The position numbers and the translations under genes are program-made. Shown piece after piece: positions 52,062-61,988 of a DNA stretch of 64,000 nt. Source of the stretch: an uncultured Pelagibacteraceae bacterium (GTDB lineage Bacteria; Pseudomonadota; Alphaproteobacteria; Pelagibacterales; Pelagibacteraceae); contig CACOED010000002.1 in NCBI GenBank assembly GCA_902626245.1, forward strand, positions 11,998 through 75,997. Direction: 5' to 3'. The notes beneath the pieces were generated by a model, which saw only the letters and a list, made by a program, of their open reading frames with translations, ran no database searches and was not told the origin of the DNA. Within the stretch, counting starts at the first letter, position 1. Every line of letters begins with the position of its first letter.

Positions 52062-52358
52062 TTATAGATTAACTTTACTCAATTCATACATTTCAACAAC
52101 TTCGATACATTCATCAAAAATAGGTTTTGCAATTGGGTTATTACCTGAAGCGAACTTCCTCATTTCCTCTTCATTATGAACCGAGACTTTAAACATAACA
52201 TAACTTTTATCTGGCCCTATTCCTGGAACTGTTTTTTCAACATGAGCAACAGTTTTTCTTACTGCCATTCCCTCATCTGATTGCATAAATCCCATAAATT
52301 TTTCAAATTTTCCTTCACCAGATTTAATTCTTGCTATTGCAAGCATTTCCTTTTCCAT
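52062..52358 (-). CDS. Hypothetical protein, probable dimeric alpha-beta barrel
   Basis: Strong SD GGGAGG; fold assignment is inference only. Confidence 0.65.
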   Translation of the reverse strand: MEKEMLAIARIKSGEGKFEKFMGFMQSDEGMAVRKTVAHVEKTVPGIGPDKSYVMFKVSVHNEEEMRKFASGNNPIAKPIFDECIEVVEMYELSKVNL

Positions 52359-52429
52359 ATTTTCCTCCCTTCTTAAGTTAATTTATAAGTTTTTTTCGAT
52401 TATTTTTTATACCTTATAATAGAATATTT

Positions 52430-53431
52430 TTATATCCAACTGGGAAAAGGTAGTCCTTTATCTTTAAGAAATTTTTTATTAAACATCTTAGAGTTGTATT
52501 TATCCGATTTGTCACAAAGAATAGTTACAATTGTTTTTCCAGGACCAAGTTCTTTACCTAATCTTATCGCCCCAGCTATATTTACTCCACAACTCGTGCC
52601 AAGGCTTAAACCCTCATTTTGAATTAAATCATAAAGAACAGGCAAAGACTCTTGATCACTTATTGAGAAAGCTCCATCTATTTTAGCTTCTGCAAAATTA
52701 GCTGTTACTCTACTTGAACCAATACCTTCTGTGATTGATCCACCTTCACTTTTTAACTCTCCATTTTTTATGTAATTATAAAGAGCTGATCCTGTCGGAT
52801 CGGATAAGTAAATTTTTATATTTTTATTTTTCTCTTTTAAATAAGAACTTACTCCACCAATAGTTCCGCCAGTTCCTGAAGAACAAACAAAACCGTCTAC
52901 CTTTCCATCTGTTTGTTCCCAAATTTCTGGCCCAGTAGTTTCATAATGACCTTTGGCATTAGCAGTATTATCAAATTGATTAGCCCAAACTACTCCATAG
53001 TTATTTGCACTTGTTAGTTCTTCAGCAACTCTTTTTGCAACTTTTACATAGTTACCGACATCTTTATATGGTTTTGGTGGTACAAGTTTTAAATCAGCAC
53101 CAATATTTTTTAACATATCTTTTTTTTCCTGTGTTTGGTTATCGTTCATAACTATTATAGTTTTATAACCAATTGAATTTCCTATAAGACAAAGACCAAT
53201 TCCAGTATTACCTGCTGTACCCTCAACAATCGTTCCACCTTTTGAAATTAATTTTTTTTCTTGTGCGTCTTTTATCAATGCTAAGGCTGCTCTATCTTTT
53301 ACTGATCCTCCAGGGTTTAAATATTCAGCTTTACCATAAATATTACATCCCGTTATTTCAGAGGCAACTTTAAGTTTAATTAATGGTGTATTTCCAATTC
53401 CTTCAATGAAACTATTTTGAAAATTTTTCAT
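52430..53431 (-). CDS. cysK: Cysteine synthase (O-acetylserine sulfhydrylase)
   Basis: [37 protein letters not shown]. Confidence 0.92.
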   Translation of the reverse strand: MKNFQNSFIEGIGNTPLIKLKVASEITGCNIYGKAEYLNPGGSVKDRAALALIKDAQEKKLISKGGTIVEGTAGNTGIGLCLIGNSIGYKTIIVMNDNQTQEKKDMLKNIGADLKLVPPKPYKDVGNYVKVAKRVAEELTSANNYGVVWANQFDNTANAKGHYETTGPEIWEQTDGKVDGFVCSSGTGGTIGGVSSYLKEKNKNIKIYLSDPTGSALYNYIKNGELKSEGGSITEGIGSSRVTANFAEAKIDGAFSISDQESLPVLYDLIQNEGLSLGTSCGVNIAGAIRLGKELGPGKTIVTILCDKSDKYNSKMFNKKFLKDKGLPFPSWI

Positions 53432-53997
53432 TTGTTATCCTCATTAGCAATACCATAAGGTTTAAATTCTTCAGTAGCTGTCCCAACATTTTTTGCAGGT
53501 ATGCCAACCATAACAGCTTTTTCAGGAACATCTTTTGTTACGACTGCATTGGCTCCTATTTTTGCATTTTTACCAACCACAATAGGTCCTAAAACCTGCG
53601 CTCCGGATCCGACAACAACATTATCCATTAAAGTTGGATGTCTTTTGGAATCCCTTTGATCATTTGAATTTATACTTGGTGAAATTCCTCCTAAAGTAAC
53701 CATATGATATATAGTTACATTGTCACCAATTTCAGACGTCTCTCCAATAACAACGCCCATACCATGATCAATAAATAAATTTTTACCTATTTTTGCTTTT
53801 GGGTGAATTTCTATTCCAGTTAAAAATCTAGAAAATTGAGAAATTATTCTTGCAATTAAATCAAACTTTGCAACAGAAAAAAAATTAGCTAATCGATGAA
53901 AAAAAACTGCTTTTACACCTGGGTAAGTTAAAATTATTCCAAGCTTTGACTTTGCGGCTGGATCCCTATTAATTATAGACTCTAAAAAACTATTCAT
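53428..53997 (-). CDS. cysE: Serine O-acetyltransferase
   Basis: [33 protein letters not shown]. Confidence 0.95.
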   Translation of the reverse strand: MNSFLESIINRDPAAKSKLGIILTYPGVKAVFFHRLANFFSVAKFDLIARIISQFSRFLTGIEIHPKAKIGKNLFIDHGMGVVIGETSEIGDNVTIYHMVTLGGISPSINSNDQRDSKRHPTLMDNVVVGSGAQVLGPIVVGKNAKIGANAVVTKDVPEKAVMVGIPAKNVGTATEEFKPYGIANEDNK

Positions 53998-54032
53998 GAT
54001 ATTTAAATTATTTTGATTATTTAAATGATCAA

Positions 54033-54152
54033 TTAGTTGTTACAACAACAACTACCTGAATCAGGTTTGCATAAGCACTCTTTGTTTCCATCACAAGTGC
54101 ATTTTTCATTAATACAATTTGTACAAATACATTTTGGGTTATTGCAAGCCAT
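54033..54152 (-). CDS. Metallothionein-like 39-aa peptide (not in ORF track)
   Basis: [39 protein letters not shown]: 11 Cys, no aromatic residues, no His. Confidence 0.78.
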   Translation of the reverse strand: MACNNPKCICTNCINEKCTCDGNKECLCKPDSGSCCCNN

Positions 54153-54207
54153 AATACTGATATAATAGTAATCAATTTTTAAAAAACAAGTTCAAATTTG
54201 CCGCTTT

Positions 54208-54900
54208 TTATAATCTATTTAATGTAAGACCTTTAACATTTGCAGGTATAGCTATATCCATCATTTTGGGATTTGCTAAATTTAAATTATTCATAATTTC
54301 TACATATTCTTCTTTTGAGTTTACCTGAAGTCGAGGGTTATTATTTTTTTCATTTTCAATTGTAGAAAATTTTATCCCATTATAATCATGAGCCGGATAT
54401 ACTAGTGTTTCTTTTGGTAATTTTAATAATTTATTAAACAAAGAGTCATAAGCATCTTCTGCACTTCCATTTTGAAAATCTGTTCTTCCTGTTCCATTTA
54501 TTAAAAGTGTATCACCAGTAAAAACTCTATCATTCATTAAATAGCTATATGAACAATCTGTATGCCCTGGAGTATAAATTGCCTTGAGTTCTATTTTTTC
54601 AACATTTATCTTTTCGTTATCTTTTATTCTTAAATCAATTACTTCAGACTTAGAATTTTCCCCCATAATTCTAATACAATTAGTTCTCTTATTTAACTCA
54701 TTTAATCCAGTGATATGATCCGCGTGTATATGTGTGTCAATTACTTTTACTAATTTTAAATCAAGTTTTTTTAATATTTTTATATATTCGTCCGTATACT
54801 CAATTACAGGATCTATAATTAAAGCTTCTCTTCCTTTTCCACTTGATATTATGTAAGTATAAGTTGAAGATTTAATATCAAAGAGTTGTTTAAAAATCAT
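54208..54900 (-). CDS. ETHE1-like persulfide dioxygenase (MBL fold)
   Basis: FKQLFD..SSTYTY, IDPV, THIHADHITG, TPGHT, GTGRTDFQ.G, PAHDY, NPRL; start placed at MIFKQ. Confidence 0.9.
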   Translation of the reverse strand: MIFKQLFDIKSSTYTYIISSGKGREALIIDPVIEYTDEYIKILKKLDLKLVKVIDTHIHADHITGLNELNKRTNCIRIMGENSKSEVIDLRIKDNEKINVEKIELKAIYTPGHTDCSYSYLMNDRVFTGDTLLINGTGRTDFQNGSAEDAYDSLFNKLLKLPKETLVYPAHDYNGIKFSTIENEKNNNPRLQVNSKEEYVEIMNNLNLANPKMMDIAIPANVKGLTLNRL

Positions 54901-54982
54901 AAGCAATATTTGACACTATAAAAAATTGCATAGCAAATCAATCTTGTTTATAATTGTTTAAAAATATTAAAGAGAGGAAAAA

Positions 54983-55645
54983 ATGACATTAAAAATTAAT
55001 AGTTTAGCTCCAGATTTCACAGCAGAAACTTCTGAAGGAAAATTATCTTTTCATGAGTGGCTAGGAGATAGTTGGGGTGTTTTATTTTCGCATCCAAAAG
55101 ATTTTACACCAGTTTGTACAACAGAATTGGGTGCATTAGCCAAAATGAAACCTGAGTTTGAAAAAAGAAATGTTAAAGTTATGGGATTAAGTGTCGATCC
55201 AGTATCTGATCACGTTAAATGGTTGGATGATATTAAAGACGTATGTGGGTTAAAACCAAATTACCCAATTGTAGCAGATGAAAAGTTAGAAGTTGCAAAA
55301 CTTTATAATATGCTTGAAGGAGACGCTGGAACTACATCTATGGGACGTACCGCAGTTGATAACGAAACAGTAAGAACTGTCTACGTTATTAGACCAGATA
55401 AAAGAATTGGATTATTTTTAACTTATCCAATGACAACTGGACGTAACTTTAATGAAATTTTAAGAACAATAGACTCTATGCAACGGACAGCAAAACATAA
55501 AATTGCTACACCAGCTGATTGGGTACCAGGTGACAAGGTAATTATTGTTCCAAAAGTAACTAATGACGAAGCAAAAAAAATATATCCTGATGGTTGGGAA
55601 ACTATAAAACCTTATTTACGCAAGGTTCCTGACCCAGTTAAATAA
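54983..55645 (+). CDS. 1-Cys peroxiredoxin (Prx6 class)
   Basis: FSHPKDFTPVCTTE, YPMTTGRNF.EILR, ATPADW. Confidence 0.93.
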   Translation: MTLKINSLAPDFTAETSEGKLSFHEWLGDSWGVLFSHPKDFTPVCTTELGALAKMKPEFEKRNVKVMGLSVDPVSDHVKWLDDIKDVCGLKPNYPIVADEKLEVAKLYNMLEGDAGTTSMGRTAVDNETVRTVYVIRPDKRIGLFLTYPMTTGRNFNEILRTIDSMQRTAKHKIATPADWVPGDKVIIVPKVTNDEAKKIYPDGWETIKPYLRKVPDPVK

Positions 55646-55647
55646 AC

Positions 55648-56301
55648 TTGGATCAAAAAAAATTAGACCATCAATTTCAGCATTGGGAAAGCAATTTCTC
55701 GAGTAAGCCTGAGATGTTTGGTCTAGATCCAAGCTTATCAGCAAAAAAAGCTTTAGAATTATTTAAAGAAAAAAATATTCATAAAATAGTTGAGATTGGT
55801 GCAGGATTAGGAAGAGATACTTTATTCTTTGCAAAAAATTTGATTCATATTACTGCATTAGATTATAGCCCTTCGGGTATTGATGTAATAAATCAAAAAA
55901 CAAAAAAAAATAATTTATCTAATTATATTTCTAGTAAATTGTTTGATGTAAGACAAAGACTTCCGTTTGAAGATAATTCAATAGAAGCATGCTACTCACA
56001 TATGCTTTATTGTATGGCTTTAACAACAAGCGATTTAAATAAATTGAATAATGAGATTCTAAGAATTTTAAAGCCAGGTGGAATAAATATATACACTGTA
56101 CGTCACACAAATGATGGTGATTTTCAAAATGGAATTCATATTGGAGAAGATCTTTATGAAAATGATGGATTTATTGTCCATTATTTTTCTGAAGATAAAG
56201 TTAATTCTTTATTAAATGGATTTAAAAATATTTCTCTTGAAAAATTTGAAGAAGGCAATTTCCCACGTAGATTATTTTTTGTTGTGAATGAAAAAAATTA
56301 A
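55648..56301 (+). CDS. Class I SAM-dependent methyltransferase
   Basis: EIGAGLGRD, LPF, ILKPGG; TTG start. Confidence 0.85.
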   Translation: MDQKKLDHQFQHWESNFSSKPEMFGLDPSLSAKKALELFKEKNIHKIVEIGAGLGRDTLFFAKNLIHITALDYSPSGIDVINQKTKKNNLSNYISSKLFDVRQRLPFEDNSIEACYSHMLYCMALTTSDLNKLNNEILRILKPGGINIYTVRHTNDGDFQNGIHIGEDLYENDGFIVHYFSEDKVNSLLNGFKNISLEKFEEGNFPRRLFFVVNEKN

Positions 56302-56302
56302 T

Positions 56303-56998
56303 TTATCTTTTGTATTTTTTCATACAAACTTCAGCCAATAATAAATTTGGGTCAATAAAAAGCTTTGATTCTTTAGCTTTTCTAAAAGATTTATAGGCAA
56401 AAATAGCTATTGGTAACTCAGTACATCCTAAAATAATTTTTTTACACTTTTTTTTTATTAGAAATTTTACAGCTGGTCTTAATGCTATTTCAGCTTCTTT
56501 TACATTACCCATCTTAACAAATTTAATTGCTTTATTTACAGAATTTTTTTGTAATTTTTTATCTGGACTTATTAATTTAAATTTTTTATCAAAATAACCA
56601 CCATAAATATTTGTTTCCAACGTTGCCTCTGTACACAAAATACCAATAGTAGAGTTTTTTCTACATGTTTTTTTTGTATCCAAGTAAACTTCTTTTGGCA
56701 TACTTAATAAAGGTATTCGAATTTTTTTTTGAATATCTCTATGCCAATAATGAGCAGTATTACACGGCATAACAATAAATTTACATTTATTTTTTTGCAA
56801 CATTTTACAACCATCTACAAGAGCATTTAGAACGTTGTAATATTTTTTTAAATTTTCAGGTCTTTTTGGAGTATTTGATTTATTATAAAGAATAAACATT
56901 GGGTATTGTTGATCTAATTTTCCTCGGTTAAGTTTTGCTAATTTGTTACAGAAATCTAGCCCTGCTTGCGTTCCCATTCCTCCTAGTATTCCGATCAT
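56303..56998 (-). CDS. Aspartate/glutamate racemase family
   Basis: IGILGGMG, PCNTAH, LGCTEL. Confidence 0.9.
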   Translation of the reverse strand: MIGILGGMGTQAGLDFCNKLAKLNRGKLDQQYPMFILYNKSNTPKRPENLKKYYNVLNALVDGCKMLQKNKCKFIVMPCNTAHYWHRDIQKKIRIPLLSMPKEVYLDTKKTCRKNSTIGILCTEATLETNIYGGYFDKKFKLISPDKKLQKNSVNKAIKFVKMGNVKEAEIALRPAVKFLIKKKCKKIILGCTELPIAIFAYKSFRKAKESKLFIDPNLLLAEVCMKKYKR

Positions 56999-57066
56999 AA
57001 AGATTATTTATATAAATTCTGATTTATGTTTTAATATTAGTATACAACTATATTTAAATTATAATT

Positions 57067-57819
57067 ATGCAAGATATATATATAGATGATATTGGATCAG
57101 GTTTTCCTTTAGTTTTAGTTCATGGATATTTAGGTTCTTCAGAAATGTGGAATTTACAAAAAAAATTTTTATGTAAGTATTTTAGGGTAATTTCTCCAGC
57201 TTTACCTGGTTTTGGAGAAAGTTATAAAGTTCAACCATTAAATAGTATTAATGGTATTGCAAAATTAATATTGAAATGTCTCGATAAGAAAAAAATAAAT
57301 GAATTTCATCTAATGGGACACTCAATGGGAGGTATGATAGTTCAAGAAATAGTAAAAATTTCTAAAAATAGAGTAAAAAAATTAATTTGTTTTGCAACAG
57401 GTTCAATTGGAGACATCCCAGGCAGATTTGAACCGATGGACGAGACTAGAAAAAGATTGAAAAAAAATGGGTTAAAAGAAACAATAAACAGAGTTCCTCA
57501 AAAATGGTTCGCTGAGGGAAATAAAGCAAAGTATTATTATTTTTGTAAAAATGCTGTAAAAAACATTTCTTTAGAAACTGCCGATAGTGCTCTTATTGCT
57601 ATGAAAAATTGGAGAGGTTATGAAAATTTAAAAAATATCAAACAAGAAACCTTAATTATTTGGGGTGATAAAGATGTTTCTTATAACTTTGATCAAGTTG
57701 AAACATTAAAAAAAAATATACCTAATAGTAAATTAGATATTTTTAAAGGTTGTAGTCATAATATTCATTTAGAGCAGCCTCAAAAATTCAATAAAATAGT
57801 AAAAAAATTCTTAGAATAA
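57067..57819 (+). CDS. Alpha/beta hydrolase
   Basis: LVHG, LPGFG, GHSMGG, WGDKD, H..H.E. Confidence 0.88.
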   Translation: MQDIYIDDIGSGFPLVLVHGYLGSSEMWNLQKKFLCKYFRVISPALPGFGESYKVQPLNSINGIAKLILKCLDKKKINEFHLMGHSMGGMIVQEIVKISKNRVKKLICFATGSIGDIPGRFEPMDETRKRLKKNGLKETINRVPQKWFAEGNKAKYYYFCKNAVKNISLETADSALIAMKNWRGYENLKNIKQETLIIWGDKDVSYNFDQVETLKKNIPNSKLDIFKGCSHNIHLEQPQKFNKIVKKFLE

Positions 57820-57891
57820 TATTTAGTAGCGTCTTGTCGCATTAATACTAGATAGGGTTGTTCAATAAAAAAAAAAAGTTTAAAAAGATTT

Positions 57892-58260
57892 ATGAAAAAA
57901 ATTTATATACTTATTTTTTGTATTTTAACATTTAATGCTAACGCATTTGAAAAAAAAACAACTTTTAATAAAGAATTATTTGACCAAGCTCAATCAAGTG
58001 GCAAGATTGTAGTAGTGAATTCATGGATTAAATATTGTACATCTTGTGCAAACCAAATGAAAATTTTAAATAAAGCAGAAAATGAATTTGATGATATTGA
58101 ATTTTTTGCTTTCGACGTAACAAATAAAGAAATTTCAAGTTTACTAAATGTAAAATATCAAACCACTCTTCTAATTTTTAAAAATAATAAAGAAATTTAT
58201 AGAAGTATTGGAGAAACAAGCAAAGATGCAATTTATAAAGCTATAAAATCTTCAATTTAG
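57892..58260 (+). CDS. Exported thioredoxin-like protein
   Basis: Signal peptide (ANA cleavage), CTSC motif, QTTLLIFK. Confidence 0.8.
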   Translation: MKKIYILIFCILTFNANAFEKKTTFNKELFDQAQSSGKIVVVNSWIKYCTSCANQMKILNKAENEFDDIEFFAFDVTNKEISSLLNVKYQTTLLIFKNNKEIYRSIGETSKDAIYKAIKSSI

Positions 58261-58338
58261 ACTTTATCAATTAGTTAATATTTTTATATACGTTTGATTC
58301 ATATTTTAGTTTCCAACTAAAATATGTATAGTACTTGA

Positions 58339-59373
58339 ATGGATTTTAATCATTTTTTAACTAGTTACATGCCTGATTTATCTATTGGATCAAAAACTCA
58401 TTTTCAAAATATGATCGATCAAGCTATACTAGCAGATAAGCTTGGTTATAAAACTATTTCTATACCAGAACATCATTTAGTAAATCTTTTAATGATGCCC
58501 TCACCTTTACAAATGGCAGTTAAAATTGCAACCTTGACAAAAAATATTAATATATCTACGAGTGTTGTTGTTCTTCCTTTGCATGATATGAAAATTTTTG
58601 CTGGAGAAGTTGCTACAGCTGATATTTTAACTGACGGTAGACTAATATTAGGAGTAGGTAGAGGAGCTTTTGCTTGGGAAATGGATAGATTGGGAAGCCC
58701 AATAGAGAATTCAAAAGAAAAATTTATAGAATCTTTAGATGTACTTCAAAAACTTCTTTCTGAAGAAGAAGTTACATATAAAGGAAAATATTATAAATTT
58801 GATCCAATAACTATTATGCCAAGACCCATAAGCAAACCAATACAGATCATGATAGCTGCAATGGACCCAAATAGTATTAAGAACGCTGCATCAAGGGGCT
58901 TTCATGTACAATCAACTGTTTTATCTGGTTCGAAAGAATTATTACAACAAAGAGTTAAAGCTTTTAAAGAAGGTAGTTTTAAGCTTGGTGAAAAAGGAAA
59001 GTTATTAAAAATCTCTATGCAAAGAATGGCATTTGCCGCAATCAATGAAAAAGATGCTAAAGAAAAAAGTAAAATGGCTTACGAATATTATAAACGTTTT
59101 GACAACGTATTTACTGGTCCGGGTAAAGTTAAAAATGGAAAAATTGAAGCCTTACCTAGAAAGCAATCATTAGAGGAATTAAAAGAGAACTTATTAATTT
59201 GTCCAACTAACGAAATGGTCGATAAACTAAGTGTTTATGCAGAGGAAGGAGTTGATGAAATTATTCTAAGTGCTGGATTTGGACAAAGTCAAAGTGAGAT
59301 GATTGAGTCAATGCATCGAATAAGTGAAGAGGTTATACCGTATTTTAAAAAGTTTAATAATCAAGTAGCGTAA
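58339..59373 (+). CDS. Luciferase-like (LLM) flavin-dependent monooxygenase
   Basis: IPEHH, VLPLH, D.LTDGRL.LGVGRG, YKGKYY, PRP. Confidence 0.9.
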   Translation: MDFNHFLTSYMPDLSIGSKTHFQNMIDQAILADKLGYKTISIPEHHLVNLLMMPSPLQMAVKIATLTKNINISTSVVVLPLHDMKIFAGEVATADILTDGRLILGVGRGAFAWEMDRLGSPIENSKEKFIESLDVLQKLLSEEEVTYKGKYYKFDPITIMPRPISKPIQIMIAAMDPNSIKNAASRGFHVQSTVLSGSKELLQQRVKAFKEGSFKLGEKGKLLKISMQRMAFAAINEKDAKEKSKMAYEYYKRFDNVFTGPGKVKNGKIEALPRKQSLEELKENLLICPTNEMVDKLSVYAEEGVDEIILSAGFGQSQSEMIESMHRISEEVIPYFKKFNNQVA

Positions 59374-59376
59374 TTA

Positions 59377-60153
59377 ATGACAATTAAACCTGTTGATTGT
59401 CATTATTCTATAAAAGGATCTGGTCCACCTTTATTTTTAATACATGGAATAGGTGCTGCAAAGGATGCTTGGAGGTTTATGCTTCCAAATCTTTCTAAAA
59501 AATTCACTGTAATTACATATGATTTACGTGGTCATGGTCAATCACCGGTTACTCATAAAAACTTTACTTTAGAAGAATTAGTTATTGATCTTGAAAATAT
59601 AAGGGTAAAAACTGGGTTTGATAAAGCATATTTTGCAGGTCATTCATTAGGGGGGATGATTGCTCCATCTTATGCAGTAAAATTTCCCCAACACACTATT
59701 GCAGTGGGACTTTTGTCCACAGTTGCAGGAAGGTCATTTGAGGACACAAAAAAAGTATGGAGTGTAATAAATGAAATGGAAAAAAAAGGAGTTGAAAAAA
59801 CACTTGTAAATCTAACTAATAGATGGTTCACAGATGAATTTATTAAAAATCATCCTGATATAGTAGATCGAAGACTTAAACAAGTGGTTAATACAGACAC
59901 AGATGTTTTTTTAAATGTTTTTAAAATATATGCAAAAACAGAAATGTTTCCCTGGTTAAAGAAAATATCAAAACCTTGTTTACTCTTAACTGGAGAAAAT
60001 GACAATGGGTGTAGTCCCAAGCATAATGAAATAATGGCTAAAGAAATTAAAAATTCTAAATTAGTAGTTTTACCGAAATATAAACACTCATTTTTAATCG
60101 AAGCACCAAAAGAGGTCTCTTATAATTTAATAAAATTTTTTACTAATGAATAA
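59377..60153 (+). CDS. Alpha/beta hydrolase (enol-lactone hydrolase-like)
   Basis: LIHG, YDLRGHG, GHSLGG, RWF, GEND, H. Confidence 0.85.
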   Translation: MTIKPVDCHYSIKGSGPPLFLIHGIGAAKDAWRFMLPNLSKKFTVITYDLRGHGQSPVTHKNFTLEELVIDLENIRVKTGFDKAYFAGHSLGGMIAPSYAVKFPQHTIAVGLLSTVAGRSFEDTKKVWSVINEMEKKGVEKTLVNLTNRWFTDEFIKNHPDIVDRRLKQVVNTDTDVFLNVFKIYAKTEMFPWLKKISKPCLLLTGENDNGCSPKHNEIMAKEIKNSKLVVLPKYKHSFLIEAPKEVSYNLIKFFTNE

Positions 60154-61312
60154 AAACCTTTCGTTACTCGTATTAAGTCAAGTATTTGCTTTTACAGCAG
60201 CCAATGTAACTGTTTTTTTAAGTGGGATTATTGGTTCTCAGTTAACTACTTTGAAGTCTTTATCTACTCTTCCTCCTTCAATTTATGTAATTGGTATAGC
60301 TATTTCAACAATCTTTGCAGCAAAAATAATGAGTTTAATTGGTCGAAGACTAGGGTTTGTTCTAGCTTCTGTAGCAAGTTCAATAGCTTCTTTAATTGGA
60401 GCTTATTCAATATTAGTAGAAAGTTTTATTTTATTTAGTTTTGCATGTTTTATCTTAGGCACCGGAATGGCTTTTGTTCATCAATATCGTTTTGCTGCAG
60501 CAGAAAGTGTAGAAAAAGATAAAGCCCCAAAAGCAATCTCGATTTTATTATTAGCAGGTATAGTTTCAGTTTTTATTGGAATAAGTTTAGCAAATTATAC
60601 AAAAAATTATGTTAGTGATCATTTGTATGTTGGTTCATATCTGATGCTTGCAGTTCTAACTTTGATGCCAGCATTTTTTCTATTTTTTTTTAATAATAAA
60701 AATGAAGTTTCAACTTCCTCAAAAGAAAACATGAAAACCAGAAGCTATTTTGAATTTCTTTCAGAGCCAAAGTTTTTACAAGCAATTACTTCAGCATCAT
60801 TTGCTTATGTTGTTATGGCTTTTTTAATGACCGCAACTCCAATTAGTATGCACATTATTCACAAATTAAGTTTAGATAAATTAGGGGTAGTTATGCAGTT
60901 TCATGTAGTAGCCATGTTCTTACCCTCACTAGTTACTGGTAATTTAATAAAAAAATTTGGTTATAGTAAAATGATGTATGTAGGTGTTTTTTTTTATATT
61001 TTTACAATTTTTATGAGTTTTTTTGAACCATCCTATTTTAATTATTTTGCTGGATTAGTTTTTTTAGGAATAGGATGGAATTTTTTATTTGTATCAGGAA
61101 CTAGTTTATTAGTGACAACTTATAGTCCAGAGGAAAAATTTAAAGCACAAGGATTTAATGATTTGGTTGTTTTTTCTTTAACTGCTATTTCAAGTTTATC
61201 AGCAGGAATATTAATTTCAATGACTAGCTGGAAAGCGGTAAATTTATTTTGTATACCTTTTTTGATCTTAATTGTTCTATCAATAATAAATGCAGATCGT
61301 AAAACTAGATGA
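60146..61312 (+). CDS. MFS transporter
   Basis: GRRLGF, QYRFAAAE, MTATP, HVVAMF.PS..TG, GWNF. Confidence 0.88.
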   Translation: MNKNLSLLVLSQVFAFTAANVTVFLSGIIGSQLTTLKSLSTLPPSIYVIGIAISTIFAAKIMSLIGRRLGFVLASVASSIASLIGAYSILVESFILFSFACFILGTGMAFVHQYRFAAAESVEKDKAPKAISILLLAGIVSVFIGISLANYTKNYVSDHLYVGSYLMLAVLTLMPAFFLFFFNNKNEVSTSSKENMKTRSYFEFLSEPKFLQAITSASFAYVVMAFLMTATPISMHIIHKLSLDKLGVVMQFHVVAMFLPSLVTGNLIKKFGYSKMMYVGVFFYIFTIFMSFFEPSYFNYFAGLVFLGIGWNFLFVSGTSLLVTTYSPEEKFKAQGFNDLVVFSLTAISSLSAGILISMTSWKAVNLFCIPFLILIVLSIINADRKTR

Positions 61313-61923
61313 GTTTTTTAATACTTGGTTTCATTACAGGTTTGAGTTTAATTTTTGCAATTGGCGCTCAGAATATTTTTGTAATTGAACAAGGCTTAAA
61401 GAAACAATATGTTTTTTTAGTTTGTTTAATTTGTTCAATATCAGACTTAATTTTAATTTTTTTAGGAATATTTTTATTTGAATATTTTAAAATTTACTTC
61501 ACAAAAAAAGTTGAATTAATTTTTAATATATTACTTTTTATCTTCTTAATTTACTTTGTTTATGACAAAGTAAGGTCTTTATATAAAAGATCAAAAATAA
61601 ACTTTGAATACAGTATTTTATCCCTTAAAAATATAATATTTAAAACTCTAGGATTTACATATTTAAATCCACATGTTTATTCAGATACAGTATTTTTTTT
61701 AGGAAATTTTTCAAAAAATTTTTTAATTTCACATAAATATTTTTTTGGAATAGGTGCTTCTATCGCATCTTTTATATTTTTTTTCTTACTAGGCTATCTA
61801 GCTAAATTTTTTTCAAGTTATTTAATTAATTCAAATACTTGGAAAATTATAAATTTTTTTATTATTATATTTATGACTGTTTTATCTAGCTACGTATTTA
61901 CAGAAATTATTGATTTAATTTAA
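61309..61923 (+). CDS. LysE/ArgO amino acid exporter
   Basis: LI.AIGAQN.FVIEQG, TYLNPHVYSDT. Confidence 0.88.
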   Translation: MSFLILGFITGLSLIFAIGAQNIFVIEQGLKKQYVFLVCLICSISDLILIFLGIFLFEYFKIYFTKKVELIFNILLFIFLIYFVYDKVRSLYKRSKINFEYSILSLKNIIFKTLGFTYLNPHVYSDTVFFLGNFSKNFLISHKYFFGIGASIASFIFFFLLGYLAKFFSSYLINSNTWKIINFFIIIFMTVLSSYVFTEIIDLI

Positions 61924-61933
61924 AATTGATTGG

Positions 61934-61979
61934 TTTGATAGGGGTAGAAGGAAGGGAGACTTTTAAAACCCCTATCAAA
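61934..61979. terminator. 12-bp hairpin with a 22-nt loop between convergent genes
   Basis: TTTGATAGGGGT / ACCCCTATCAAA. Confidence 0.65.
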
Positions 61980-61988
61980 TTTTGTTTC

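Noticed and set aside
57824-57850. Weak hairpin or RegA-like GCGTCTTGTCGCA upstream of the thioredoxin gene
   Set aside because: Spacing does not fit and the stem is weak
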